Part shown: positions 1 through 14,111 of the stretch, piece after piece | Position numbering within the stretch: the first letter of the stretch is position 1 | Layout of the letters: every line of letters begins with the position of its first letter | NCBI RefSeq assembly: GCF_009914755.1 | Contig: NC_060925.1 | DNA length: 64,000 nt | Reading direction: 5' to 3' (one strand) | Source: the human T2T-CHM13v2.0 reference genome, Homo sapiens | Made by a program: the position numbers and the translations under genes | The notes under the pieces: model-generated | Database searches by the model: none | What the model was told of the DNA's origin: nothing | What the model saw: the letters and a program-made list of their open reading frames with translations, nothing else

Positions 1-32
1 TTCTATAAATTATTTATTATCATACTCATACT

Positions 33-401
33 TGTCAGGCCTCTGGGCCCAAGCCTGCATGTATACATCCAGATGGCCTGAAATAACTGAAGAATCACAA
101 AAGAAGTGAAAATGGCCAGTTCCTGCCTTAACTGGTGACATTACCTTGTGAAATTCCTTCTCCTGGCTCAGAAGCTCCCCCGCTGAGCACCTTGTGACCC
201 CCGTCCCTGCCCACCAGAGAACAACCCCCTTTGACTGTAATTGTCCACTACCCACCCAAATCCTATAAAACAGCCCCACCCCTGTCTCCCTTCACTGACT
301 CCTTTTTCAGACTCAGCCTGCCTGCACCCAGGTGAAATAAACAGCCTTGTTGCTCACACAAAGCCTGTTGGTGGACTCTCTTCACACAGATGCGCAAGAC
401 A
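33..401 (+). mobile_element. HERV-H solo LTR (LTR7 family)
   Basis: Starts TGTCAGGCCTCTG and ends ...GCAAGACA. TATA box (CCTATAAAA ~262-270), AATAAA 336-341, and a perfect 5-bp TSD ATACT at 28-32 and 402-406. Confidence 0.92.
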
Positions 402-414
402 ATACTAACACCAA

Positions 415-500
415 TATTATTTTGATTCGTCAGATGGAAAAGTAAGGCTTGAAGAGGTTAGAAATAACTTTTCCAAGGTCACAGAGCTAATTGCCACAAC
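415..500 (+). mobile_element. MIR fragment
   Basis: Degenerate MIR core CAGATGGAAAAGTAAGGCT..GAGGTTA..CCAAGGTCACAGAGCTA. Confidence 0.55.
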
Positions 501-745
501 TATAACTCAGCTCTAGTATGTGAACAAAGATTTTTTTATACCAAACCAAAATTATTTATTTCTACTCCACTATTCTATCATGGTGCATTTTAGGTGCTAA
601 TGGGAAAAGGTGCTCTATGATGGTGTCCAATAGACAATTAAAATTCGAATCTGGAAATGAGATCTGGACTGAAGATTTTTTTTAAAATTAGCCCTCATCA
701 CATGTAGTCAGCTGTAGAAATCCTTAGCATGGCTGAAATTTTTCA

Positions 746-1147
<402 letters not shown>

Positions 1148-1328
1148 CTAGAAATCGAGCAGGAACCTTGGAGGACCTATTGCTTAAGGTGTGGGCGAAA
1201 GAAAGTAAGTTAGGGCAAGAGACTAAGGTATGCCAGAGACCCAGGACAAAACACAGTGCAGAGTGATGTCACAGAGCCAAATGGGAGTGCAAGCTATGGC
1301 AAGCCCTCCCAAGTATGTGTGGGTTAAA

Positions 1329-1435
1329 TGTGATTAAATTCAAAATCTCTCAACCCAAAAATTTTCTCCACAAAGGAAGTAGAGAAACAAAACAGTTCAT
1401 TATTGAATAAGCATTAAACCAGAATGTGATGTGTG
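1329..1435 (-). mobile_element. Possible ERV1 LTR fragment (MER67-like) truncated by the satellite
   Basis: TTATTGAATAAGCATTAAACCAGAATGTGATG resembles an ERV1 LTR end and stops abruptly at the satellite. Recognised from memory only. Confidence 0.35.
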
Positions 1436-1438
1436 AAT

Positions 1439-4400
1439 ATAATGGAATGGAATGGATTCGAAAGAAATGGAATGGAATGGAATGGAGTGGAATGGAATGG
1501 ACCCGAATGGAATGGAACAGAATGGAATGGAATGGAACGCACTCGAATGGAATGGAATGGAATGGAATGGAATGGAATGGAATGGAATGGAATGGAATGG
1601 AACGGACATGAATGGAATGGAATGGAATGGACACGAATGGAACAGAATGGAACGGAATAGACTCGAATGGGATGGAATGGAATTGAATGGACTCTAATGG
1701 AATGGACATGAATGGAATGGAATGGACTCAATTAGAATGCAGTTGAATTGAAAGGATCCAAAAGGAATGCAATGGAATGCATTGGAATGGAATGGAATGG
1801 AATGGAATGGAATGGAATGGACTTGAATGGGATGGACTCTAATGGAATGGAATGGAATGGAACTGAATGGAATGGAATGGACTTGAATGGAATAGAATGG
1901 AATGGAATGGAATGGACTCGAAAGAAATAGAATGGAATGGATTCAAATGGAATGGAATGGACACAAATGGAACCAAATGGAATGGAATGGACTCGAATGG
2001 AATACAATGGAATTTAATGGAATGGACTCTAATGGAATGGAATGGACTAGAATGGAATAGAACGGAATAGACTCGAAAGGTATGGAATGCAATGGAATGG
2101 ACTCGAATGGAATAGAACAGAATAGACTAGAATGGTATGGAATGCAATGGAATGGACAAGAATTGAATTGAATGGACTGGAATGGAATGGAATGGAATGC
2201 AATGGAATGCACTTGAACGGATTGGAATGGAATGGAATGGAACGGAACGGAACGGACCCGGAATGGAACGGAACGGACCCGGAATGGAACGGAACGGACC
2301 CGGAATGGAACGGAACGGAATGGAATGGAATGGAATGGAATGAAGTGGACTCTAATGGAATGGAATGGAATGGAATAGACTCGAATGAAATGGGATGGAC
2401 TCGAATGGAATGGAACGGAATGGAATCGACTCGAGTGGAATGGAATGGAATGGAATGGAATAGAATGGAATTGACTCAATTTAAATGGAATGAAGTGGAA
2501 TGAACTCGAATGGCATGCAATGGAATGGAATAGAATCGAATGGAATGGAATGGACCCAAATGGAATGGAACGGAATGGAATGGAATGGAACGGAATGGCA
2601 TGGAACGGAATGGAATGGATTGGAATGAACTCCAACGGAATGGAATGGACTCGAATGCAATGGAACGGAATGGAATGGAATGGAATGGAGTGGACTGGAA
2701 TGGAATAGAATGGAATGGAATGGAATGGATAGGACTGGAATGAAATGGAATGGAATGGACTCAAATGGAATGGAATGGAATGGAATGGACTCAAATGGAA
2801 TGGACTCAAGTGGAATGGAATGGAATGGACACGAATTGAATGGAATGGAATGGACTGTAATGGAAAGGAATGGAATGGAACGGAATGGACTCGAATGGAA
2901 TGGAAAGGACTCGAGTGGAATGGAATGGAATGGAATGGACTCGAATGGAATGGAGTGGAATGTATGCGAATGGAATGGAATGGAATTGAATGGATTCGAG
3001 TCAAACGGAATGTAATGGTATGGAATGGACTCGAATGGAATGGAATGTAATGGAATGAAATGGATGCGAATGGAATGGACTCGAATGGAATGGATGGAAT
3101 GGAATGGAGTGGAATGGAATGGACTCGAATGGTATGGAATGGAATTGAATGGACTCGATAGGAATGGAATGGAATGGATTGGACTCGAAAGGAATGTAAT
3201 GGAATGAAATGTGCTGGAATGGAATGGAATGGAATGGAATAAAATGTAATGGAATGGACTCGAATGGAATACAGTTGAATTGAATGGACCCGAAAGCAAT
3301 GGAATGGAATGGAATGGATTGGAAGGGAATGGAATGGAATGAAATGGAAAAGACTGGAATGGAATGGAATGGAATGGAATGGAATGGAATGGAATGGAAT
3401 GGAATGGAATGGAATGGAATGGAATGGAATGGAATGGAATGGAATGGAATGGAATGGAATGGAATGGAATGGAATGGAATGGAATGGAATGGAATGGAAT
3501 GGAATGGAATGGAATGGAATGGAATGGAATGGAATGGAATGGAATGGAATGGACTCGAATGGAATGGAATGGACTGGAATGGAATGGAATGGAATCGACT
3601 CGAGTGGAATGGAATGGACTCGAAAGAAATGGAATGCAGTGGAATGGACTCGAATGGAATGCAATGGAATGGAATAGACTCGAACGGAATGGAATGGAAT
3701 GGAATGGAACGGAATGGACGCGAATGAAATGGAATGGAACGGAATGGACTCGGATGGAACGGAACGGAATGGAACGGAATGGAATGGAATTTACTCGAAT
3801 GGGATGGAATGGAATGGAATTTACTCGAATGGAATGGAATGGAATGGACTGAAATGGAATAGCATGGAATGGAATGGACTCGAATGCAATGGAATGGAAT
3901 GGACTCGAGTGGAATGGAATGGACTCAAACGGAGTGGAGTCGAATGGATTCGAATGGAATACAATGGAATGGAATGGAATGCAATGTACTCGAATGGAAT
4001 GGAATGTAATAGAATGAAAATTACTCGAATGGAATGGAATGGAATGGAATGGAATCGAACGGACTTGAATAGAATGCAGTTGAATTGAATGGACCTGAAA
4101 GAATGGAATGGAATGGAATGAAATGGACTCGAATGGAATGGAATAGACTGAAATGAAATGGAATGTACCAGAATGGAATGGAATGGAATGTACTGGAATG
4201 GAATGGAATGGACTCGAATGATATGCAATTGAATGGACTCGCATGGATTGGAATGGACTCTAGTGGAATGGAATGGAATAGAATGGACTCCAATGGAATG
4301 CGGTGGGATGGATTCAAATGGAATGGAATGGAATTGAGTGGATTTGAATTGAATGGAATGTAATGGTATGGAATGGAATGGAATGAAATGGACTCGAATG

Positions 4401-6270
4401 GAATGGAATGGAATGGACTCGAATGGAATGGAATGTACTCGAATTGTATGGAACGGAATTGAATGGACTCGAAAGGAATGGAATGGAATGGAATGGACTC
4501 GAATGGAATGGAATGGAATGAACTCCAATGGAATGGAATGGACTCGAATAGAATGGAATGGAATGGAAAGGACTCGAGTGGAATGGACTCGAATGGGATG
4601 GAATGGAATGGAATGGAATGGAATGGAACCGAAAGGAATGGAATGGAATGGAATGGAATGGAATCGACCCGACTGGAATGGAATGGAATGGAATGCAATG
4701 GAATCGAATGGGATGGAATGTATTGGAATGGACTCGAATGGAATGGATAGGAATGGACCCGAATGAAATGGAATGGTCTTGAGTGGAATGGGATGCGATG
4801 GGATGGGATGGGATGGGATGGGATGGGATGGGATGGGATGGGATGGAATAGAATGGAATGGAATGGAATAGACTCGAAAGGATTGGAATGGAATGGACTC
4901 GAATGGAATGGAATGGACATGAATGGAACGGAATGGAATGGAATGAACTCGAATGGAATACAATGGAATTTAATGGAATGGACTCTAATGGAATGGACTT
5001 GAATGGAATAGAATGGAAGAGACTCGAATGGAATGGAATACAATGGAATTTAATGGAATGGACTCTTAATGGAATGGACTTGAATGGAATAGAATGGAAG
5101 AGACTCGAATGGAATGGAATGGACTCGAATGGAATGGAATGGAATGGAATGGACTCAGATGGAATGGAATGGAATGGACTCGAAAGGATTGGGATGGAAT
5201 ACAATGGAATGGTCTCGAATGGAATGGAATGGACTCGAATGGAATGGAATGCAATGGAATGGACTCAAATGGAATGGAATGGAACTGACTCGAATGGAAT
5301 TGAATGGAATGGACCCGAATGGAATGGAATGGAATGGACTGGGCTCAAATTGAATGGAATGGAAAAGAATGGAATGGAATAGAATGGACTGGAATGTAAT
5401 GAGTTTGGAATGGACTTGAATGCAATGGAATGGAATGGACTCAAATGGAATAGCATGGAATGGAATGGACTCAAATGCATTGGAATGGAATGGACTTGAA
5501 TGGAATGGAATGGAGTTGAATGGACTCATATGGAATGGAATGGCATTGAATGGACTCGAATGGAATAGAATTATAACAGAATGGAATGAACCTGAATGGA
5601 ATGGAATGGAATGAAATGAAATGTGCTCGAATAGAATGTAATGGAATGGAATGGAATAGAATGGACTCGAATGGAATGGAATATAATGGAATGGGAATGG
5701 GAATGGAAGGGATGGGATGGGATGGGATGGAATGGAATGGAATGGAATGCAATGGAATGGACACCTATGGAATGCAGTTGAATTGAATGGACCCGAAAGC
5801 AATGGAATGGAATGGAATGGAATGCAATGTACTCGAATGGAATGGAATGGAATGGACTCGAATGGAATGGAATGAACTCGAATGGAATGGACTCGAATGG
5901 AATGGAATGGAATGCACCCAAATGGAATTAAATGTAATGGAATGGACTTGAATGAAATGGAAAGAATGGACTCGAATGGAATGGAATCGAATGGAATGAC
6001 ATGGAATGGATTCGAATGGAATGACATGGAATGGACTCGATTGGAATGGGTTGGGATGGAATGATCTAGAATGGAATGGAATGGACTCAAATGGAATAGA
6101 ATGGAATAGAATGGACTCGAATATAATGGAATGAAATTGGCTCGAATGGAATGGAATGGACTTGAATGGAATGGAATGGAATAGAATGGAATGGACTCGA
6201 ATGGAATGGAATGGAATGGAATGGACTCGAATGGAATGGAAAGGAAAGGAATGGACTCAAATGGAATAGA
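1439..6270. repeat. Human satellite 3-type array, (GGAAT)n/(CATTC)n, ~4.8 kb
   Basis: Continuous GGAAT pentamers with recurrent GGACTCGAAT variants. Lacks the ATCATC-rich HSat2 signature. Confidence 0.96.
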
Positions 6271-8334
6271 AGTTAATATGGAATTACAAACCACAGTGAT
6301 ATAACACACATGCATGAAGATTTCTAACATGCCATCCTAAATTAAGTCACTGTATCAGTCAGAGTCCAAGTATAGGAAACAGTCACTACCCATGCAAACC
6401 TGAACAGACCTTCATACAAGGGAGCTGAGGCATCCACAGCCTGCAGCTCTGTCTTCTAGTCTTGCAGGCATTCATTTAGTTAGTGGAAGCATATCTCCTC
6501 CCAGAGCCCAGGCTGCAAGAGTCTGAAATGGAGCTTTTAGCTTTCCAGCCTCTGTATCAAAAGGGCACACCAGAAAGAGGCTAGAATGAATGGTTGGGCA
6601 CTAACAAATATTTTCACAACCTAAGCCCATACTCGCAGTTGTTTGCTGAACAGACAATCAATAAATCAAACAGCCCTTCCATGTAGAAATTAAGAAGGAA
6701 ACACAACACCAAAACTCATTATTAAATAGCATTTTGTATTTGAAAACTCATTATTAAATAGCAAATAAATTGCACTAAAATACAAAATTGTAGAATTTGT
6801 ATTCTGGGAAGCCACAGTAACAAATCCCTGTGACAGAACCCACGAAGTAGAGGTCTCCTGTGGGAATGATGACCGAGGCCCTCGCCGCTGCTCCACCTGC
6901 CCCTACAGGGATGCCCTGCTTTTCCAGTTGCCCTTACTCTGATGTGCATCATGGCAGGAAAAAGTGGGCTGCTGCTTTCCTTTAATGCTTTTTGTCCCAC
7001 TTTATTTTTTACTTTTGCCTAGTATATCTTTTCATTCTTTTATTTCCAACTTTTGTAAATCTCTGTTTTAGGTGGGCTTCTTATGTACAACTTGGAGTTG
7101 GGTTTCACTTTTTGATTCAATCTGAAATCTTTTACTTTTACCAGCCTTCAGGTTATGTGTATAAAGTTATGTGTTTACATGTATAGATACAACGTTTGGT
7201 CTTACTTTTATGACATGTTTTTGTAGCTTTTTGAAAAAGTTTGCGTTCTCTCTGTAGTTCTTCTGAAATTTAGAAATGTTTGCACTATTTTGTACTAGGG
7301 GTTACTTTTGGAATTTTAACTATGTAATTCCCTCTCCTTCGGAATCCTCATACAACACATCTTAGCCTGTTAGTTTCCTGTTCCACATTGTGATAAAACT
7401 GTCATTCATCTTGCTCCTTCTTCCTTCCATCCCTCTCCTCTACAACTTGATTTTAGTGAATAACATCTTAGTGCCTCCCTGTGATTATAGGTGAGACAGT
7501 CAACAAACCTCTAACCACCGACCTTTTCTCCTCTGCCCTCCACTCACACTCTGCTCCATCACCCTCAGCCACACAGCTGACGCTGTAGAGATTCACTGAC
7601 ATCCAGTCTGATGGACACTGTTTCTCCAGCCGAAACTGCTCATGAGAACAGTGAGTATTCCCTGAGTTCTCACATGATCAATAGTGTTTGTTTGCAGACT
7701 GGATACAAAAGATGTTTTGACTGGACATAAAATTCATGGGCCATTCTTTCTTCCTGGAGGATCCCATAAGTAAGGATTACTCCACTATCTGAAGAATTTG
7801 GAGAAATTTGAAGCCACCCTGATCTTTTCCCTCAGTAAGAGATGACATGTTTGTTTACCCATTGGGAGGTTCTTGCTTCATCTTCAGAGTTTAATAATTC
7901 CTGTAGGATATGGCACACTCATAACCTGTTCTCAGTCAACCTTCCCCAGCATAAAATTTGCCCTCTCACAATGTACACTTCCATCTATTTTTACCTGAGC
8001 AGAATTTTCCTGAACATTATCTTTAAATATTTGTTCTGTCCTTTTGTTTTGTTTTCCTGTTTGAAGATTCCAATGATAAATATGCTGGATCCTCTCTCCC
8101 TGTTCTCTTCAGCTGTAATTTTCTTTCTAGTTCCTTTTAAACTCAGGATTACGGTTTAATTCTTATTAATTCTCTCATTCGTATTTTTCCATCACCTTTT
8201 TTGTGTTTCCCAAAACATCTGTCTTCTCCTGGGCCCTTCCAATCGCACCTTCACCTCTGTGTTGGTTCTCCTGGCTGCTGCCATCCTTTCTTCTGCCAAC
8301 TTGACTTTGTCTCCTGCTGTCTCACTTGGTTGTA

Positions 8335-8649
8335 CAGGTTGAGCATCCCTAATTCCAAAATCCAGAATCCTCCAAACTCCAGAACTTTTTGAGCATGGAC
8401 ATGATGCCACAAGTGGAAAATTCCATACTTGACCTCATGTGATGGGTTGAACAAAATTATTAAAAATACTGTATAAAATTACCTTCAGGTTATATGTATA
8501 AGGTGTATGTGAAACATACATGAATTTCATGTTTAAGCTTGTATCCCAAGTTATCTCATTATGTATATGTAAATATTCCAAAATCTGAAAAAATCCAAAA
8601 TCTAAAACACTTCCAGTTCTAAGCATTTGGGATAAGGGATACTCAACCT
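8335..8649. mobile_element. Tigger4 (Zombi/MER46-type) non-autonomous DNA transposon
   Basis: Terminal inverted repeats (TIRs) CAGGTTGAGCATCCC...GGGATACTCAACCT, preceded by TA. Confidence 0.85.
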
Positions 8650-10079
8650 CATTAAAATCTCTTTTCTGTTTTGTGGCATTCCTGCACTGGGATCTTCTGC
8701 CACAGAACTGCTTCATGAGTTTCCTGTTTTTTTCATTTATGATGAACTGTCTGGTCATGATTCCATCCTGCTTCACAGACACATTTCCCACAATTTCCTT
8801 AGAGAATATCCATGCAGTGATGGTCACCTTCTCTAACAGGCATTTCAGAGTGAGGTGGGACTTCCTAGGGCACCTGTTTTGCAGATGCCCTCAGGGTGGG
8901 GGAAGGGCAGCTTCCAGCCTTCCCAGTTCCAGCACTCTCTCCCCAAGCCGCTACCTGCATGTGAATCCCTGGGAGACCCCACAGCCCATGTCTCTGAGTA
9001 AAACTGGATCCAGGAAGCCCTTTGCTGTCAGTGGTCCTCCCTGGAACTTCTGCACTCTGCAAGCTGGAGTTGAACATCTGCGACTCAGCCTCTCAGTGCA
9101 CAGGGTATGTGGGGCTCGACTTCTAGACCTGGCCCTGACGAGTGCTTTTGTTAGCCTGAGCCCTTCTGCTCAGTTCTGCCTATACTATCACTACCCAGGC
9201 TTAGCTGCTTTTGGTAAGCCTCATGCACATTTTAGAGTCTGTGAATTGCATCTGCCTTTTATTTCTCTGAAAATGGAGTTTTTCATCCCTTCCTTCCAAT
9301 TCTCCTTCCAGCCTTTCTTGATTTCCAGAATGAGAAATCACTAAGTCATATACTGAGCCACAAATAACATTATAAATGTGACAATTACATGATAATCTTT
9401 GGGGGAAAAACATTCTGTGATTTCTAACATATTTACATAAAAATATCTTACACTAAAACACACCAGTTGAGGGCACTGGCCAGAGATAAGATTAGGTTAG
9501 GCCAAGCAAAGCTGAGAAGACCATTGTTAAAATTTCAATCCTGTTCCTTTATCTTTTCAAATTAACTGAATATTGTTATTAAATTTCTTGTTTTAGTGTT
9601 GAATAGCACCCCTTTTCCCTGCTTCACTTTAGAATCAATTTAGAGACAAAGGATTCAGGCCAACTGAGGTTATCAGCATTATCGCTAATAATAGCTGGAC
9701 TGGCGGATGCGATTCAGATTCACACAACAATGGATTTCCTAATCTGAATCCTAGACTGAGATGAAGCCAGCCAGCCATAAGCATTGCTTAATAACCAAAG
9801 CCTCCCCAGATAGGCTTCTTGCCCTACAGCACTGAAGACATGAAAGAAACAGACCAAAATGTACAAATATCTTTTATTCCTCAAAGGAAAAAGAAGAGTT
9901 ACACATGCCTGTTTCTCACCAATAAGAGGGGTCAGGGCAGAGTGAGTCTGGGAGAGAGAGTTCTACCACCACGGTTCCCAAAGCATCGTCTAGGGGCCTG
10001 TTAGGGGAGCCCGAGGTCTAAACTATTTCCACAGTTTCACTAAGATATGATTTTCCTTTTCCATCCTCACATTCGTTAG

Positions 10080-10555
<476 letters not shown>

Positions 10556-11148
10556 TAAATAAATGGAGAAATATTTTAAAAATTGTTTTAATTTCTAATG
10601 TGGCAAACGTTAATAGATATAACTCACATGACCAAAATCTCTATGGGGTCCTCAGTAATTTTAAAAAGTGAAAAGGACCCCTGAGACAACATTTGGGTTT
10701 GGAACTGCTGCTCCACTAGGGGAAGAAATACCAGAACAGAGAATATGTGTTCCCTGGGAGATAAGGCCTTCCCGACTACCTCCTCTCCTATCATCGAAAT
10801 AAGTTTTCTACATTTCTTTAATATCATGTTTTAAAATTCCTTTTAAAAGACTGAAATCATCAGCAGAAGGCACGGGATTAGCTTAGCACAGTCAGTTTAG
10901 ACTAGTTACCCACAGAGGACTACAGAATGGACATCACGAGGCATACATAAGCATAGAGGTGAGAAGGGCCGTGTTCATAGTTGACAAGATTACATTTCAG
11001 GTTAAACTGGTAACTAAGATAACAGGGAAAAAGACAATTAACAAAGAAACTGTAATCGTCCATAAGCCTAATTAGCCATAAAGCAAAGTCTGTTGGGAAT
11101 TTAATGAACATTTGTTAAAAACACAAATATTATAGGAAGTTTTTTATA

Positions 11149-11447
11149 CAGTCATGGGTCGCTTAACAAGGGGGATACAATCTGATCCGAGAAATGCATT
11201 GCTAGGTAATTTCCTCATTGTGTGAACATCACAGAGTGTATTACACAACACCTACACAGCTAGGCTACAGACCTATACAACATATTAATGCACTGAACAG
11301 CAACTGTAACATAATGGCAAGTATCTGTGTATCTAAATATATCTAAACATAGGAAAGGTACAGTAAAAAAAGGAAACAATCTTATGTGGCCACTACACTA
11401 CACGCGGTCGGTCATTGACCAAAACATCGTTATGTAGTGCATGACTG
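11149..11447. mobile_element. Tigger3 (Golem)-type DNA transposon
   Basis: TIRs CAGTCATGGGTCGCTTAAC...GTTATGTAGTGCATGACTG, with TA on the left. Confidence 0.8.
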
Positions 11448-11989
11448 CATATCTCCTCAAATCTGACGATTCTAAACAAGTAAAGATGTGGAAGAATTAG
11501 ATAAACAGAAAGAAAGTACATCCTTCAAATAGAGAATCTGTATTTTTTTCACACATCAATAGAATATTTACAAAAATCAATTATAAAGAAGGCCACAAAG
11601 GAAAACTTAATCATTTCAAAGAATTAGAGATCTTAAAGGCCAAACTCTCTGGTGGTAATATAATAAAACTAGAATTCAGTAAAGTTAAATAAAATCACAG
11701 CTATTTGAAATTCGAAGTCCACTTCTGAACACCCTTGGATCTGGGAGCAAATTGGCACTGCATGTGTGCCTGGGCTCCTGAAGGGCCTCACATACATGGG
11801 GAAGGGCAGAGAAAGAGAAACAACAACATCCACTACCTCTATTTTTAAAGTCAGCCTTACTACAAAATACAGAAAGTATTCTTCACTGGGCAGACCAAAT
11901 CAACTTTGCTCAATCTTCGCCTTTGGGTTCCTTTAGATTTATAATGAACTGTAAGCATTTACTGAGTGATTATTATAAAGGCACCATTT

Positions 11990-12140
11990 GAAGTACCTGA
12001 TGCCCTTTTAATGCTGTAATGCCCCTGTGAAGTAGGTCTTACTATTATCCCTGCTCTAGAGATGAGAAAACTGAGGCAGGAAGAGTTGAAGCTGGCCCCA
12101 AGGCCACACCACTGAGGAGGGAGGGGCCAGACCTGGAGAG
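11990..12140. mobile_element. MIR fragment
   Basis: ATTATCCC..AGATGAGAAAACTGAGGCAG..CCCAAGGCCACAC core. Confidence 0.65.
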
Positions 12141-13338
12141 CAGGGGGATCCCACAATCTGTGCTTCTGCCTTCCTGCTCTGCTGCTTCCCAGCTAGTGTG
12201 TGTGCTGGACACAGCCCTCAGTGATCTCAACTTTGATTATCTAATTTTAAAAAGACTTCTCAAGTTTATTGTCTTTTACAAAAAAGGGATGTAATCTAGC
12301 AAGCCAAAGCAGAACCAAGCAGACTTTGTAGTTTTCATCAATTTTCTGGACGCTCCAGCCACTTTCCTCAGGTCCTTTAGCAATGTGTGGACTGCCCGCC
12401 CACCGCTGCCCCGAGGTAAGGAAGCACCACACTACAACCTCATGCAGGCTGGATTAAAACACGTCCTCCACTTCAGGCTTAGGAACCAGCGCCCCTCCTA
12501 CAGCTCACAAGTTGCTCAAGCAGTGGTCTGTGAGAAGTGATTCTATTTTTGGGGTTGTCCCTTTTCTCTGCTTTTCTTGGGAACCATTTTGACTCTCTGT
12601 CAAATGTTCACTGACTTCTAGCACTGGCAGAAAGAACGTCTGCTTTTTTATCTGAAACTGAACTGTTACACAACTTATAATTTTATTTTGGTAAAAGCAT
12701 TCTTAGTTGCTGTGTTTAGTCATACTCTACAAATTATCTTGTTGGTAGGATAAATATGGTGAGAATTAAAAATGAAGATGGTAGTGGATATTTGCAGACT
12801 ATTATCAATACCGGCATTTCAAACTTCCAATATAATTTGGATATTTGCCTGGAGGACAAACTTTTTGTGGCATGCCATATAATGAGGAGCCTTATATTCC
12901 CAGTGTGCTCAAACTGCCCTGACACCACCTATCCACCGTCGTCAGCAATCTATGTTCAATGTTTCTTAAAAACATCAGTTACAAGGTCAAATTTAATTCA
13001 ACTGAGGTCAGACTCTCAGGGGAGCTGAGGAGCACTTCCTTCAATGGAAATGGCCGTTTCTGAGTGGTGACAACACTGTCATTTCTTGGACCTTCTTCAA
13101 CAAATCTGTTCTCAGGAGCATTAACATACTTTGCTAATACATTTTAATCTGGCATTTTTATGGGGGTAATTATAGGAAATGCCTGGAATTAAATAGCCTA
13201 CAACCAATTCTTGGATCAACAATTAGGAAAACTGAAAAATATATATGTAAATATATCTTTTTCTGTATAAGAAAAGTCCTGCTAACTTAGGAAATTAGAG
13301 GATATCTTTGTGTAGAATCTTTTTATAAAGTGGAAATA

Positions 13339-13640
<302 letters not shown>

Positions 13641-14111
13641 TAAAGTGGAAATAACTTCCTCTGCTTCTAGCTATGCAGTTTGCTTGAAAAAAAAAAAAAA
13701 AAAGTAACCTGTAGGTGCAGTACAACTATCAGCACAAATGTAATTATCTTAGAGTATCTTAATAGTTCCTACTTCAAGTAGAACTTATGAAGAAGTTTAA
13801 CTGTGGTAAAAAAAAAAATAATTGGAGTAACTTAGAAAACATTTATGTATACAATAGTTGGTTTGTATGCTCAGTCACTCATTCATTTTAGGAATAACAA
13901 GTGCCTACTACTTGCCAGGTGCTTGGGATATAGCAGGGCCTACTGAATAAATTATTATACAACAGTAAATTAGCATTGGATTGTGTTGCTTAAAACAACA
14001 CTCACCAGAGCAAACAAAAGCCTGATTAGCAATATGATCTGAAATTTTAAAAACAGCCCTTTTCAACAGTTCCATCTAATTTGCCAGGTCATTATTTTAT
14101 AATGTCATATG

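Noticed and set aside
10-279. 89-aa minus-strand ORF
   Set aside because: Almost entirely antisense LTR7 sequence.
1439-6270. CRISPR-like or telomeric array
   Set aside because: No repeat-spacer structure and no TTAGGG; it is a simple eukaryotic satellite.
1350-6330. Long ORFs up to 587 aa (FHSIP / MEWNG repeats)
   Set aside because: The pentamer contains no stop codon in any frame, so long ORFs are automatic. No evidence of a gene.
6711-6763. 21-bp direct repeat AAAACTCATTATTAAATAGCA x2
   Set aside because: Real but an ordinary micro-duplication with no further structure.
8673-9344. 223-aa ORF
   Set aside because: Starts at GTG, has no recognisable domain, and lies in apparent intronic DNA of the duplicated block. 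A tblastn/PhyloCSF check would settle it.
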